A stretch of 64,000 nt of DNA from an uncultured Chloroflexia bacterium. GTDB taxonomy: Bacteria > Chloroflexota > Dehalococcoidia > DSTF01 > JALHUB01. The position numbers and the translations under genes are program-made. Numbering within the stretch: position 1 is the stretch's first letter; the number at the start of each line of letters is the position of its first letter. The notes beneath the pieces are model-generated. The model was not told the origin of the DNA. It did no database searches and saw only the letters and a program-made list of their open reading frames with translations. Location of the stretch: the NCBI GenBank assembly GCA_963703345.1, contig OY969814.1:416001-480000 (forward strand), in the 5' to 3' direction. Positions 16,908 to 25,633 of this stretch are shown here, piece by piece.

Positions 16908-17462
16908 TTACTCGCTCCAAGAGAAGCGGAGAGCCACGTTCTTCAGGAGCACATCTCGATCATAAATCGGCAGTCGGCCAAGCCACCTGTCAACATCGAT
17001 ATCAAGAGACTTCCAAAGGGCAAACGCCTGACTCGAATTGCCTGATACATGTACCACCAAGATTGTCTGGCTCCCGCTCCCTTCGCTCTCCTCCTCGCCA
17101 CCGATCTCGCCATCAACGTGCAATCCTGATTGGAGCGCCTTGCTTCGAACAATGGACCATAATCTATTGGCGACATCGAGCCGCTTATCTGTGAAGGCGT
17201 GGTGGTTTTTCGGATGGCGTTCTAGCGGCCGAAACCGCTGCAGTGGCGGAACCCTTCGTTCGGTTGATGGTTTTCGGCCTAGCCGGTGGTCTGCGCGCAC
17301 CTCGTTCTCGTCTCGTGCACCGTTATCATCGATAATCCGAACCATCGGTTCCCGATCTTCAAGAGGAGACCATGCAATCTCCTGTCCCTCGGATAGCCGG
17401 AGAAGCAAGTCGCCAAGCGACGAAGTGTTGCGTTCGAGACTCGCGATGTTCGCCGTTACCAT
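16908..17462 (-). CDS. Hypothetical IS passenger protein, putative HEPN partner/antitoxin (alternative start 17504)
   Basis: Ends 3 nt before the HEPN start; polar N-terminal half plus compact alpha/beta C-terminal ~90 aa. Confidence 0.7.
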   Translation of the reverse strand: MVTANIASLERNTSSLGDLLLRLSEGQEIAWSPLEDREPMVRIIDDNGARDENEVRADHRLGRKPSTERRVPPLQRFRPLERHPKNHHAFTDKRLDVANRLWSIVRSKALQSGLHVDGEIGGEEESEGSGSQTILVVHVSGNSSQAFALWKSLDIDVDRWLGRLPIYDRDVLLKNVALRFSWSE

Positions 17463-17472
17463 GATCTCTTGC

Positions 17473-18153
17473 CTATCTTGTGATGTCGTTGAGAATGCGG
17501 TCAATCAAACCGTCCGCAGATTCGGCCACCGCCTCGGTCGCTTCGCTTTCCTCATTGCGGTAGATCATATCTATGTGGAACCGGGCATGAGCGGCAGTGT
17601 TCACGGGGACAATGGTAAGTTCCGCCCAATTCTGTCTGTTGGGATCAAGGCCAGAGGGCGCAAACCTGATTCCATAAGGCGCAAACGCCGTACCGTCAGA
17701 CTGGAAAGAATCTGCTAACGCTCGTCCGAGGGCCTCCGTTTTGTCAACGCCACTCCACCACCTGGCGATCACGTCTATCGGGTCAACCCCCTGCTTTCGC
17801 GCTTGGCCGATGTACCGAAACTCAGCGTAGTCCACGGCAACCGTCGGGGCAAAATCGCTCACCTCGCGAGCCGCCTGTTGTAGTTCGCGATACCCCGAAA
17901 GCACTTCAGCGGTGTCGTTGCCAGTCACACCGAGGACATTATTCTTTTGGTCGAGGATCAGCCGAAGGTTGCCCCGCTTCGGGGCTTTTGTTCTTATTCC
18001 CTCCTCATCCTCGATTCGCTCCTCCACCACCCAGCCCAATTCGGGGACGCGGTCTAGAAGAGGAAGTAGGTTGATAGGGTAAAACACACTGTCGAAGCGC
18101 TGAATCAGAGTGACTCTGAGCGGGATTCGTTCCCAGGTAGTATCTGGCATCAT
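17473..18153 (-). CDS. Hypothetical IS passenger protein, possibly TIGR04255-like
   Basis: 226 aa, first gene of the cargo operon; AEFRYIG and FHIDMIY resemble motifs of that family (by eye). Confidence 0.7.
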   Translation of the reverse strand: MMPDTTWERIPLRVTLIQRFDSVFYPINLLPLLDRVPELGWVVEERIEDEEGIRTKAPKRGNLRLILDQKNNVLGVTGNDTAEVLSGYRELQQAAREVSDFAPTVAVDYAEFRYIGQARKQGVDPIDVIARWWSGVDKTEALGRALADSFQSDGTAFAPYGIRFAPSGLDPNRQNWAELTIVPVNTAAHARFHIDMIYRNEESEATEAVAESADGLIDRILNDITR

Positions 18154-18207
18154 CTACCCGCCGCCCCCGATGATTCGGGCGGCCCAAACTCATATATCTG
18201 CGCCCCC

Positions 18208-18236
18208 ATTTGATCATATTCGTCAGCATTTGTCAA
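18208..18236 (-). promoter_or_regulatory. Putative promoter of the IS cargo operon
   Basis: TTGACA-17-TCAAAT on the minus strand, inside the element. Confidence 0.5.
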
Positions 18237-18477
18237 GACGACCAGTGCCACTACCCCTAAGCGGCGTTCGCATCGCGCCCCGATCCTACGACTTTCCCTC
18301 AAGGTGTGTAAAGTAGTCAATTGCCATTCTCGTGAGCCCTAAGGCGGCTGGGCGCAACCTGCGCCTCTGGAGTTACCGTGCTCTTGCGCCGACATATCCA
18401 GCAAATACCGTCGCTATGGACGCCTTCCTGAATGAGTTCCTATAATTGAGCAAGGAGTTGAATAAGAAGCCAAACTG

Positions 18478-19263
18478 ATGCTGGATTCGATGGCCGCTGG
18501 CCGATCCGAAGATCAACCGTACCTGTCGCTCGTTCTGCCTGCCTACAATGAGGAGCAGCGGCTCGGCGCCTCGCTGCGAAGGCTGGCCGACTACCTGGGG
18601 CGGCAGACGTATGAATGCGAGATCCTGGTCGTCGATGACGGCAGCAGCGACGCCACTGCGGATGTCGCCGAGAAGGTCGCTGCGTCGATGCCCGATACCG
18701 TCAGGCTGCGCGTGCTCAGTCATCATCAGAACCTGGGCAAAGGAGCGGCGGTGAAGACGGGCTGCCTTACCGCCGCAGGCCGCTACGTGCTGTTCATGGA
18801 CGTCGACCTGGCGACGCCGCCGGAAGACTGCGGGGGGATCATCCGGGCGCTGGCGCAATCCGCCGACGTCGCTGTGGGCACGCGGCTGCAGCCTGAGGGT
18901 TACGACATGCGACGTTCACAGCCGATGTCGAGGAGGCTGATGGGAAGCCTCTTCACTTTCTTTCGCAAGCGCCTGCTCCTTCCCGACATCGAAGACACGC
19001 AGTGCCCGTTGAAAGGCTTCCGGCGGGAAGCGGCGCGGCGTATATTCGCCCAGCAACGGCTCGACGGCTGGGCCTTCGACGTCGAGATCCTCTATCTGGC
19101 GCGTCGGTTTGGCATGAAGACGGAGCAGATACCTGTGAGCTGGCATCACGTCGGTGGCTCCAAACTGCGAATGAGCCCGCCGATGGCGCTGCGCGTGTTC
19201 TGGGACCTGCTGCGCCTGCGCTTCGTGCATGCGCGGGCAGCACAACAGGAAGTCGGCGGCTGA
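18478..19263 (+). CDS. GT2 glycosyltransferase, polyprenyl-phosphate glucosyltransferase-like
   Basis: LPAYNEE, VVDDGSSD, GKGAAV, FMDVD, DTQCPLK, FDVEIL. Confidence 0.9.
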   Translation: MLDSMAAGRSEDQPYLSLVLPAYNEEQRLGASLRRLADYLGRQTYECEILVVDDGSSDATADVAEKVAASMPDTVRLRVLSHHQNLGKGAAVKTGCLTAAGRYVLFMDVDLATPPEDCGGIIRALAQSADVAVGTRLQPEGYDMRRSQPMSRRLMGSLFTFFRKRLLLPDIEDTQCPLKGFRREAARRIFAQQRLDGWAFDVEILYLARRFGMKTEQIPVSWHHVGGSKLRMSPPMALRVFWDLLRLRFVHARAAQQEVGG

Positions 19264-19264
19264 C

Positions 19265-20215
19265 ATGCGCGGCGCCGTCATGCACCCGGAGCACATCCTG
19301 AGAATCCCGCCCGCGGCGCGGCGGCTCCAGATCGCCATGCTGCTGACGGCCGTAATCCTGGTCGCCGAAGTCACTACCGGCTTTGTCGCAAACAGCCTCG
19401 CCCTCCTCTCAGATGCCGGCCACGTCCTGACCGACCTGTTCGCGCTCGGGCTGAGCTTCGTCGCTGTGCGCCAGGCTGCTCGCGCTTCCACGGGCCGCAT
19501 GACCTACGGCTACCATCGCATCGGGATTCTCGTCGCCGTCCTTAACGCGATCATCGTGGCGGTTGTAGCGATTCTCATCTTCATCGACGCTGGCCGTCGG
19601 CTGCAGGAGACGCCGCAGATCAAGGGGGGCCTGCTGCTGGCCATGGCCGTTGTCGGCGGTCTGGTGAACCTGGGCGTCGCGGCGATCTTGCGGGAAGAAA
19701 GCGCCCGCAGCCTCAACGTGAGGAGTGCCTTCCTGCACGTCGTCGGCGACCTGCTCGGGTCCGTGGGGGTCCTCATCGCCGCTATCGCGGTGCTTACGGC
19801 CGGCCTCGTCTGGGTCGACGCCGCGGTGAGCGTCTTCATCGGCCTCATCATCCTTGTTGGTGCGGCGCGCATCCTGCGAGAGGCGATCGGCGTCTTCCTC
19901 GAGGCCTCGCCGCCACACATCGACATCGATGAGCTCGTGCTCGAGATGAAGGCGTTGCCCGGCGTGAAAGGCATCCACGATCTCCACGTCTGGTCCATAA
20001 CACCGACGATCCATGCCCTGAGCTGCCACCTTCTCGTCGAGGACCGGACGATTAGCCAGGGCTGCGCCATGCTGGAGGGAATAAACGAGCTCCTCTCCAC
20101 GCGATTCGCCATTGCCCACAGCACGGTACAGATGGAGACGGAGGCCTGCGATCCCAACGCTCTCCACTGCTACCTTGCCCCGGAAGGGCTGCTCGGCGGC
20201 GACCACGAGCACTAG
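19265..20215 (+). CDS. Cation diffusion facilitator (CzcD/ZitB-like)
   Basis: SLALLSDAGHVLTD, SAFLHVVGDLLGS, HDLHVWSI, HSTVQME. Confidence 0.92.
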   Translation: MRGAVMHPEHILRIPPAARRLQIAMLLTAVILVAEVTTGFVANSLALLSDAGHVLTDLFALGLSFVAVRQAARASTGRMTYGYHRIGILVAVLNAIIVAVVAILIFIDAGRRLQETPQIKGGLLLAMAVVGGLVNLGVAAILREESARSLNVRSAFLHVVGDLLGSVGVLIAAIAVLTAGLVWVDAAVSVFIGLIILVGAARILREAIGVFLEASPPHIDIDELVLEMKALPGVKGIHDLHVWSITPTIHALSCHLLVEDRTISQGCAMLEGINELLSTRFAIAHSTVQMETEACDPNALHCYLAPEGLLGGDHEH

Positions 20216-20289
20216 CCGTAATTGACGGGCGGCGGCCGGACGCCTTATTCTTTTCTTGTCCCCACGGACCTGCGGAAGGCGGAAAAGCG

Positions 20290-21135
20290 ATGCCCCAAGC
20301 CCGGTTTCGCCTCGGCAAACTCGAACTCTTGGTGATGTCCGACGGCTCTTACTTCCTGGACGCCGGCGCCGTCTTCGGCGTCGTCCCGCGCGAGCGCTGG
20401 GAGCCGTACGCCGGCCCAATGGACAGCCACCACCGCTTGGGCGTCGGCACGAACTGCCTGGCGCTTCGTTCTCAGGGCAAGGCGATCCTCATCGAGACCG
20501 GCGTGGGGGACAAGTCGATGCGGGCGGACGCGACGCCGCTGGCGGAAGGCAATCTTCTCAGCGAGCTGAAGTCTGGCTTCGGTGAGCCGGATGACGTGGA
20601 CGTCGTCATCAACTCGCACCTCCACGGCGACCACTGCGGCTGGAACACCCGCTACGTCGACGGCAAGCTGGCGCCGACTTTCGTCAACGCCGACTACCTG
20701 GTCCAGCGATCGGAGTGGGAAGCGGCGACGCACCCGAACGAGAGGACCCATACGACCTACCTGGCGGAGAACCTCGTCCCCGTCGCGGAGAGCGGACGCC
20801 TGCGCCTGCTCGACGGCGAGACGCGAGTGACCGATGAAGTGACGATAATCCCGACGCCCGGGCACAGCCCAGGGCATGCCAGCGTCGTCATCACCTCCGG
20901 CAACGAGATGGCCATCTACGTCGGCGACATGGTGCAGCAGGCCGTCCAACTGGAGCGCACCGCCTGGGTAGCCGCCTTCGACGTGCTGCCCTTGATGTCG
21001 ATGGAGTCGAAAAAGCGGCTGGTGGAGCAGGCGATCGAGAACAACGCACTCCTCATTTGCGTGCACCTGCCGTTCCCGGGCGTCGGCCGCATGACGCGCA
21101 CAGCCGATGGCTACAAGAAGTGGCAGCCCGTCTGA
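20290..21135 (+). CDS. MBL-fold metallohydrolase (YtnP-like)
   Basis: LDAGAVFGVVP, SHLHGDHCG, TPGHSPGH. Confidence 0.9.
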   Translation: MPQARFRLGKLELLVMSDGSYFLDAGAVFGVVPRERWEPYAGPMDSHHRLGVGTNCLALRSQGKAILIETGVGDKSMRADATPLAEGNLLSELKSGFGEPDDVDVVINSHLHGDHCGWNTRYVDGKLAPTFVNADYLVQRSEWEAATHPNERTHTTYLAENLVPVAESGRLRLLDGETRVTDEVTIIPTPGHSPGHASVVITSGNEMAIYVGDMVQQAVQLERTAWVAAFDVLPLMSMESKKRLVEQAIENNALLICVHLPFPGVGRMTRTADGYKKWQPV

Positions 21136-21160
21136 GCACGGGCGTAGTCGGAAGGAGCCG

Positions 21161-22261
21161 ATGATTCAACTGACCGCCCTCAAGCAAAGCCCCCTCGACG
21201 ATGTGCACCGCCGAATGGGCGCCAAGATGGTGGCCTTCGCCGGCTGGTCGCTGCCGCTCCAGTTCACCGGCATCATCGAAGAGCATAACGCCGTCCGCGG
21301 TGCCGCCGGCATCTTCGACATCTCGCACATGGGACGTTTCTTCGTCGATGGCCCGGACGCCGGCGCGCTCATCCGAAGGGCCGTCACTTACAACGTCTGC
21401 CGCCTCCAGGCAGGACAGGCGCACTACGCCGTGATGTGCGAGGAGGACGGCGGCATTATCGACGACGTCTTCGTCTACCGCCTGGCGCCCGACCGCTTTC
21501 TCGTCGTGGGCAACGGCGTCAACGCGAGTACCGACCGCGATCACGTCGCCTCGCTCCTGACGCCGGGAATGAGGGCGATCATCGACGACATCCAGCCTCG
21601 CACCGCTATGATCGCCGTCCAGGGGCCGGAATCGGAGGAGCTGCTGGCATCGACGCTGACGGGTGCTGTCGTCCGGATGCTGCCGCGCCACGGCTGCATG
21701 GAGTTCGAGCTGCTCGGCGCGCCCGCCTTCATCGCCCAGAGCGGCTACACAGGCGAGAATGGTTACGAGGTCATCGTCGAAGCGGGAAGGGCGCATGCCT
21801 TCTGGCAGGGCCTTTTGGCGGCGCGCGCTCAACCCTGCGGCCTCGGCGCCCGCGACACGCTTCGCCTGGAGGCGGCGCTGCTCCTCTACGGCAACGACAT
21901 CGACAGGACGACTAATCCGTTTGAAGCGGGTCTCGGCTGGCTCGTGGACCTCGACGATGGGTCGTTCGTCGGCCGGGAGGCGCTGCGACGACTGAAGGAG
22001 CAGGGCGTTACGAGGCGGCTGGTCTGTCTGAAGGCGACCGACAAAGGCATCATGCGGCCCGGCTATCCCGTCTTGCACGAGGGCGAGGCTGTTGGTAGAG
22101 TAACCAGCGGCGGTTTTTCCCCCACTCTGGGCATCAGCATCGGCATGGCCTACGTTCCCTCACAGCTTGCCTCCGTTGGGACCGGCCTGTCGGTGGACGT
22201 GCGCGGCCGGCCGCTGCCCGTAACGGTGGTAAGGAGACCTTTCTACACGCGGCCCGATTGA
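21161..22261 (+). CDS. gcvT: Glycine cleavage aminomethyltransferase
   Basis: FDISHMG, GGIIDD, GYTGE, GLGARDTLRLEA; AAGGAG RBS. Confidence 0.95.
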   Translation: MIQLTALKQSPLDDVHRRMGAKMVAFAGWSLPLQFTGIIEEHNAVRGAAGIFDISHMGRFFVDGPDAGALIRRAVTYNVCRLQAGQAHYAVMCEEDGGIIDDVFVYRLAPDRFLVVGNGVNASTDRDHVASLLTPGMRAIIDDIQPRTAMIAVQGPESEELLASTLTGAVVRMLPRHGCMEFELLGAPAFIAQSGYTGENGYEVIVEAGRAHAFWQGLLAARAQPCGLGARDTLRLEAALLLYGNDIDRTTNPFEAGLGWLVDLDDGSFVGREALRRLKEQGVTRRLVCLKATDKGIMRPGYPVLHEGEAVGRVTSGGFSPTLGISIGMAYVPSQLASVGTGLSVDVRGRPLPVTVVRRPFYTRPD

Positions 22262-22288
22262 CAGGGAAGCGATTCGAGGGAGCGAACG

Positions 22289-22687
22289 ATGGCCAGCAGC
22301 CCGAAAGACCGGCGCTACACCCGAGAGCACGAGTGGGTCCTTTCTAAGGACGGCGAAGCGCTCGTCGGCATTACTGATTTCGCGCAGGAGCAGCTTGGCG
22401 ACCTCGTCTACTTCGACCTTCCGGACGCCGGCAAGCAGCTACGTCAGAACGACAAGCTCGGCGAAGTCGAGTCGGTGAAAGCTGTGTCTGAGATCTACGC
22501 GCCGCTCAGCGGCGAGGTGATCGCCATCAACCCGCAAGTCAACGAATCGCCGGAGCTGGTGAATCGCGACCCGTACGGCGAGGGCTGGCTGCTCAAGCTG
22601 AAGCCGGCGGACCCGAACGAGCTCGGCAAGCTGCTATCGCCGGAGGAGTACGATGCGCTCGTGGCGACGGCCGAAGCTGAGCACTAG
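22289..22687 (+). CDS. gcvH: Glycine cleavage H protein
   Basis: EHEW, GITDFAQ, VESVKA lipoyl lysine, PYGEGW. Confidence 0.97.
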   Translation: MASSPKDRRYTREHEWVLSKDGEALVGITDFAQEQLGDLVYFDLPDAGKQLRQNDKLGEVESVKAVSEIYAPLSGEVIAINPQVNESPELVNRDPYGEGWLLKLKPADPNELGKLLSPEEYDALVATAEAEH

Positions 22688-22701
22688 CGGCTAAGACGAA
22701 C

Positions 22702-24012
22702 TTGCCTAGTCCCTACATCCCGAACACCGACGACGACCGCCGGCTGATGCTGGAGCGCATCGGCATCGCCTCCGTGGCTGAGCTCTTCGACGACATTCCC
22801 TCGCAGTGCCGCGATCCCGGACTGACGCTGCCGCCGCCCTTGAGCGAGCTGGAGCTCCAGCGCGAGCTATCGGAGATGGCCGCTCGCAACCGCCCCGCCG
22901 GCCAGATGCCTTGCTTTCTCGGCGCCGGCGCCTATCGCCACTTCATCCCCAGTGTCGTCAACCACATCGTCCGCCGCGGCGAGTTCGCCACCGCCTACAC
23001 GCCCTACCAGCCGGAGATAAGCCAGGGGACGCTTCAGGCCATCTTCGAATTCCAGTCGCTGGTCTGCGAGCTGACGGGCATGGACGTCGCCAATGCCGGC
23101 ATGTACGACGGCGCCAGCGCTCTTGCGGAGGCCTGCCTGATGGCGGTGCGCATCAACGGGCGCCGCCGCCTGGCGCTGCTCTCGACGCTCAACCCCGCGT
23201 ACGAGCAGGTCGTCCGGACATACGCCGGCGGCCACGACCTTGCCGTCGACGTCGTCGAGCCGGGCGACGCCGCTCTGACGGACGAGCACGCCTGCCTGGT
23301 CGTGCAGCAACCGAATTTCTTCGGCTACCTGGAGGACGCGGCCGCTTTGGCCACCAAGGCGCGAGAAGCCGGCGCGCTCTACATCGTCGTCCCCGATCCG
23401 ATATCGCTTGGGCTGTTCCGGCCTCCCGGCGATTACGGCGCGGACATCGTCGTTGCGGAGGGGCAACCGCTCGGCGTGCCGCTCAGCTTCGGCGGGCCCT
23501 ACGTCGGCCTCTTCGCCTGCCGCAGCGAGCACATCCGCCAGATGCCGGGCCGGCTGGTCGGCCGCACGCAGGACGTCGAGGGCCGTACCGGCTACGTCCT
23601 AACGCTTCAGACGCGGGAGCAGCACATCCGGCGGGAGCGTGCCACCTCCAACATCTGCACGAACGAGCAGCTCGTCGCGCTGGCGGTCACGGTCTACCTG
23701 TGCGCGATGGGCAAGCAGGGGCTGCGACGTGTCGCGGAGCTCTGCTACCACAAATCGCACTACGCCGCCGGGCGCATCGCCGCTTTGCCCGGCTACTCGC
23801 TGCCGCTGGCCGGCGTCTTTTTCAAAGAGTTCGTCGTGCGCTGCCCGCGGCCGCCGAGCGAGGTGAACGCGGCGCTGCTCGAGCGCGGCATAATCGGCGG
23901 GGTCGACGTGTCGGAGCGGGTCGACAAGGGCCTGCTGCTCTGCGTGACCGAGATGAACAGTCGCGACGAAATCGACCGGCTTGTGGCGGCGCTGAAGGAG
24001 ATCGCGACGTGA
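22702..24012 (+). CDS. gcvPA: Glycine dehydrogenase subunit 1
   Basis: [33 protein letters not shown]. Confidence 0.96.
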   Translation: MPSPYIPNTDDDRRLMLERIGIASVAELFDDIPSQCRDPGLTLPPPLSELELQRELSEMAARNRPAGQMPCFLGAGAYRHFIPSVVNHIVRRGEFATAYTPYQPEISQGTLQAIFEFQSLVCELTGMDVANAGMYDGASALAEACLMAVRINGRRRLALLSTLNPAYEQVVRTYAGGHDLAVDVVEPGDAALTDEHACLVVQQPNFFGYLEDAAALATKAREAGALYIVVPDPISLGLFRPPGDYGADIVVAEGQPLGVPLSFGGPYVGLFACRSEHIRQMPGRLVGRTQDVEGRTGYVLTLQTREQHIRRERATSNICTNEQLVALAVTVYLCAMGKQGLRRVAELCYHKSHYAAGRIAALPGYSLPLAGVFFKEFVVRCPRPPSEVNAALLERGIIGGVDVSERVDKGLLLCVTEMNSRDEIDRLVAALKEIAT

Positions 24013-25475
24013 GCGACGGAGAGCGCCGCGACATCGGCTCCAGGCTCAGCTTCGACCGCGGCCGTCGCGGTCGCAGCGCCGTCACGCTTCCGGATTGCGA
24101 CGTGCCGCTCGCCGAGATGCCGCCGCCGTCCCTCCTGCGCGACGACCTGCCGCTGCCGGAGATGTCGCAGCCGGAGGTCGTCCGCTACTTCACCAACCTC
24201 GCCTGCCTCAACTACGGCGTCGACGACGGCTTCTATCCGCTCGGTAGCTGCACCATGAAGTACAACCCGAAAGTGCACGAAGACATCGCGCGGTTGCCGG
24301 GCTTCGCGCAGATCCATCCGTTGCAGCCGGTCGAAACGGTGCAGGGCGCCCTGGCGCTCATGCATGAGCTCCAGCAGATGCTGGCGGAGATCACCGGCAT
24401 GGACGCTGTCACGCTCACCCCTGCGGCGGGCGCGCACGGCGAGCTCACGAGCATACTCGCCGTGAAAGCGTACCTGGAGTCGCGGGGCGAGTCGCGGCAC
24501 AAGGTGCTCGTGCCCGACTCGGCGCACGGCACGAACCTGGCGACCGTCTCGGCGGCGGGCTTCCGCTGCGTTGCTATCGCCTCCGACGCCGACGGCAACA
24601 CTGACGTCGAAGCTCTGGCGGCGGCGCTGGACAACGATGTGGCGGCGCTGATGCTGACGCTTCCCAACACGCTGGGCCTGTTCGACCGCAACATCCTGCG
24701 GATCGCGGAGATGGTGCACGCCGTCGGCGCTCAGCTCTATTGCGACGGCGCCAATCTCAACGCGCTTCTCGGCCAGGTGAAGGCGGGCGACCTCGGCTTC
24801 GACGTCGTGCAGATGAACCTGCACAAGACGTTCAGCACCCCACACGGCGGCGGCGGCCCCGGCTCGGGTCCCGTCGCGGTGAAAGCGCATCTGGCGCCGT
24901 TCCTGCCCTCGCCGCGCGTTGTCCGCTACGCGGAAGGCCGCTACGATTTCGAGCAGCCGGAGCGGAGCATCGGCAAGGTCGGCCTCTTCCACGGCAACTT
25001 CGGCGTCATGGTCCGTGCCTACGCCTATATCCGCAGCCTGGGCGCCGCCGGCCTGCGCGAGGTGAGCGAAAACGCCGTCATCAATGCCAACTACCTCTCC
25101 GCCTGCCTGCGCCAGGCGTATCCGCTTCCCTACGACCGCCGTTGCCTCCACGAAGCGGTCTTCGCCGGCGTGCTGCGTCGGGCGAAGGGCGTGCGGACGC
25201 TCGACATCGCCAAGCGGCTCATCGACTACGGCTTCCATCCGCCGACGGTCTACTTCCCGCTCATCGTCGACGAAGCGCTGATGATCGAGCCGACTGAGAC
25301 GGAGAGCAAAGAGACGCTCGACGCCTTCTGCGAGGCGATGCTTGCGATTGCGCGCGAGGCGGAAGAAGAGCCCGACTTGCTGAAGAGCGCGCCGCACAAC
25401 GCTCCCTTGCGCCGTCTGGACGAGGCGACGGCCGCCCGTCATCCGGTTCTCCGCTGGCAGCCCCCGGTCGACTAG
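24009..25475 (+). CDS. gcvPB: Glycine dehydrogenase subunit 2
   Basis: GTGA overlap; [34 protein letters not shown]. Confidence 0.96.
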   Translation: MSDGERRDIGSRLSFDRGRRGRSAVTLPDCDVPLAEMPPPSLLRDDLPLPEMSQPEVVRYFTNLACLNYGVDDGFYPLGSCTMKYNPKVHEDIARLPGFAQIHPLQPVETVQGALALMHELQQMLAEITGMDAVTLTPAAGAHGELTSILAVKAYLESRGESRHKVLVPDSAHGTNLATVSAAGFRCVAIASDADGNTDVEALAAALDNDVAALMLTLPNTLGLFDRNILRIAEMVHAVGAQLYCDGANLNALLGQVKAGDLGFDVVQMNLHKTFSTPHGGGGPGSGPVAVKAHLAPFLPSPRVVRYAEGRYDFEQPERSIGKVGLFHGNFGVMVRAYAYIRSLGAAGLREVSENAVINANYLSACLRQAYPLPYDRRCLHEAVFAGVLRRAKGVRTLDIAKRLIDYGFHPPTVYFPLIVDEALMIEPTETESKETLDAFCEAMLAIAREAEEEPDLLKSAPHNAPLRRLDEATAARHPVLRWQPPVD

Positions 25476-25633
25476 ACGTTCCCGATTCGCTGCATCCCCC
25501 GTCGTCGACAAAGCCGTAGGGAAAGCGCACGACAAGCGAAAGCCACGCGTCAAGCAATCCGCCATGGCGGGTGCTAGCTTGTTCCTCGACAGCCCGCTCA
25601 ACCGACGCAGGAAGGCTATCGAGGAGGACCATC

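Larger units (their letters stand above)
15306..18325 (+). mobile_element. IS1595-family element with passenger genes (3020 bp)
   Basis: IRL GGCAATTAGGTACTTGACACACC (15306-15328) matches the reverse complement of IRR (18303-18325) at 19/23; 8-bp direct repeat ATTCTCGT at 15298-15305 and 18326-18333. Confidence 0.95.

Noticed and set aside
21136-21160. Glycine riboswitch before gcvT
   Set aside because: The intergenic gap is only 25 nt
25500-25600. Possible c-di-GMP-I riboswitch upstream of the surface protein (GACAAA...GAAA...AAAGCCACG)
   Set aside because: The stem around the GAAA loop does not pair and the 3' strand does not fit; an Rfam scan would be needed
23793-25601. Long antisense ORFs (e.g. 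23793..25601, 39726..41642, 48050..49480)
   Set aside because: Shadow ORFs expected in high-GC DNA opposite well-supported genes; no motifs
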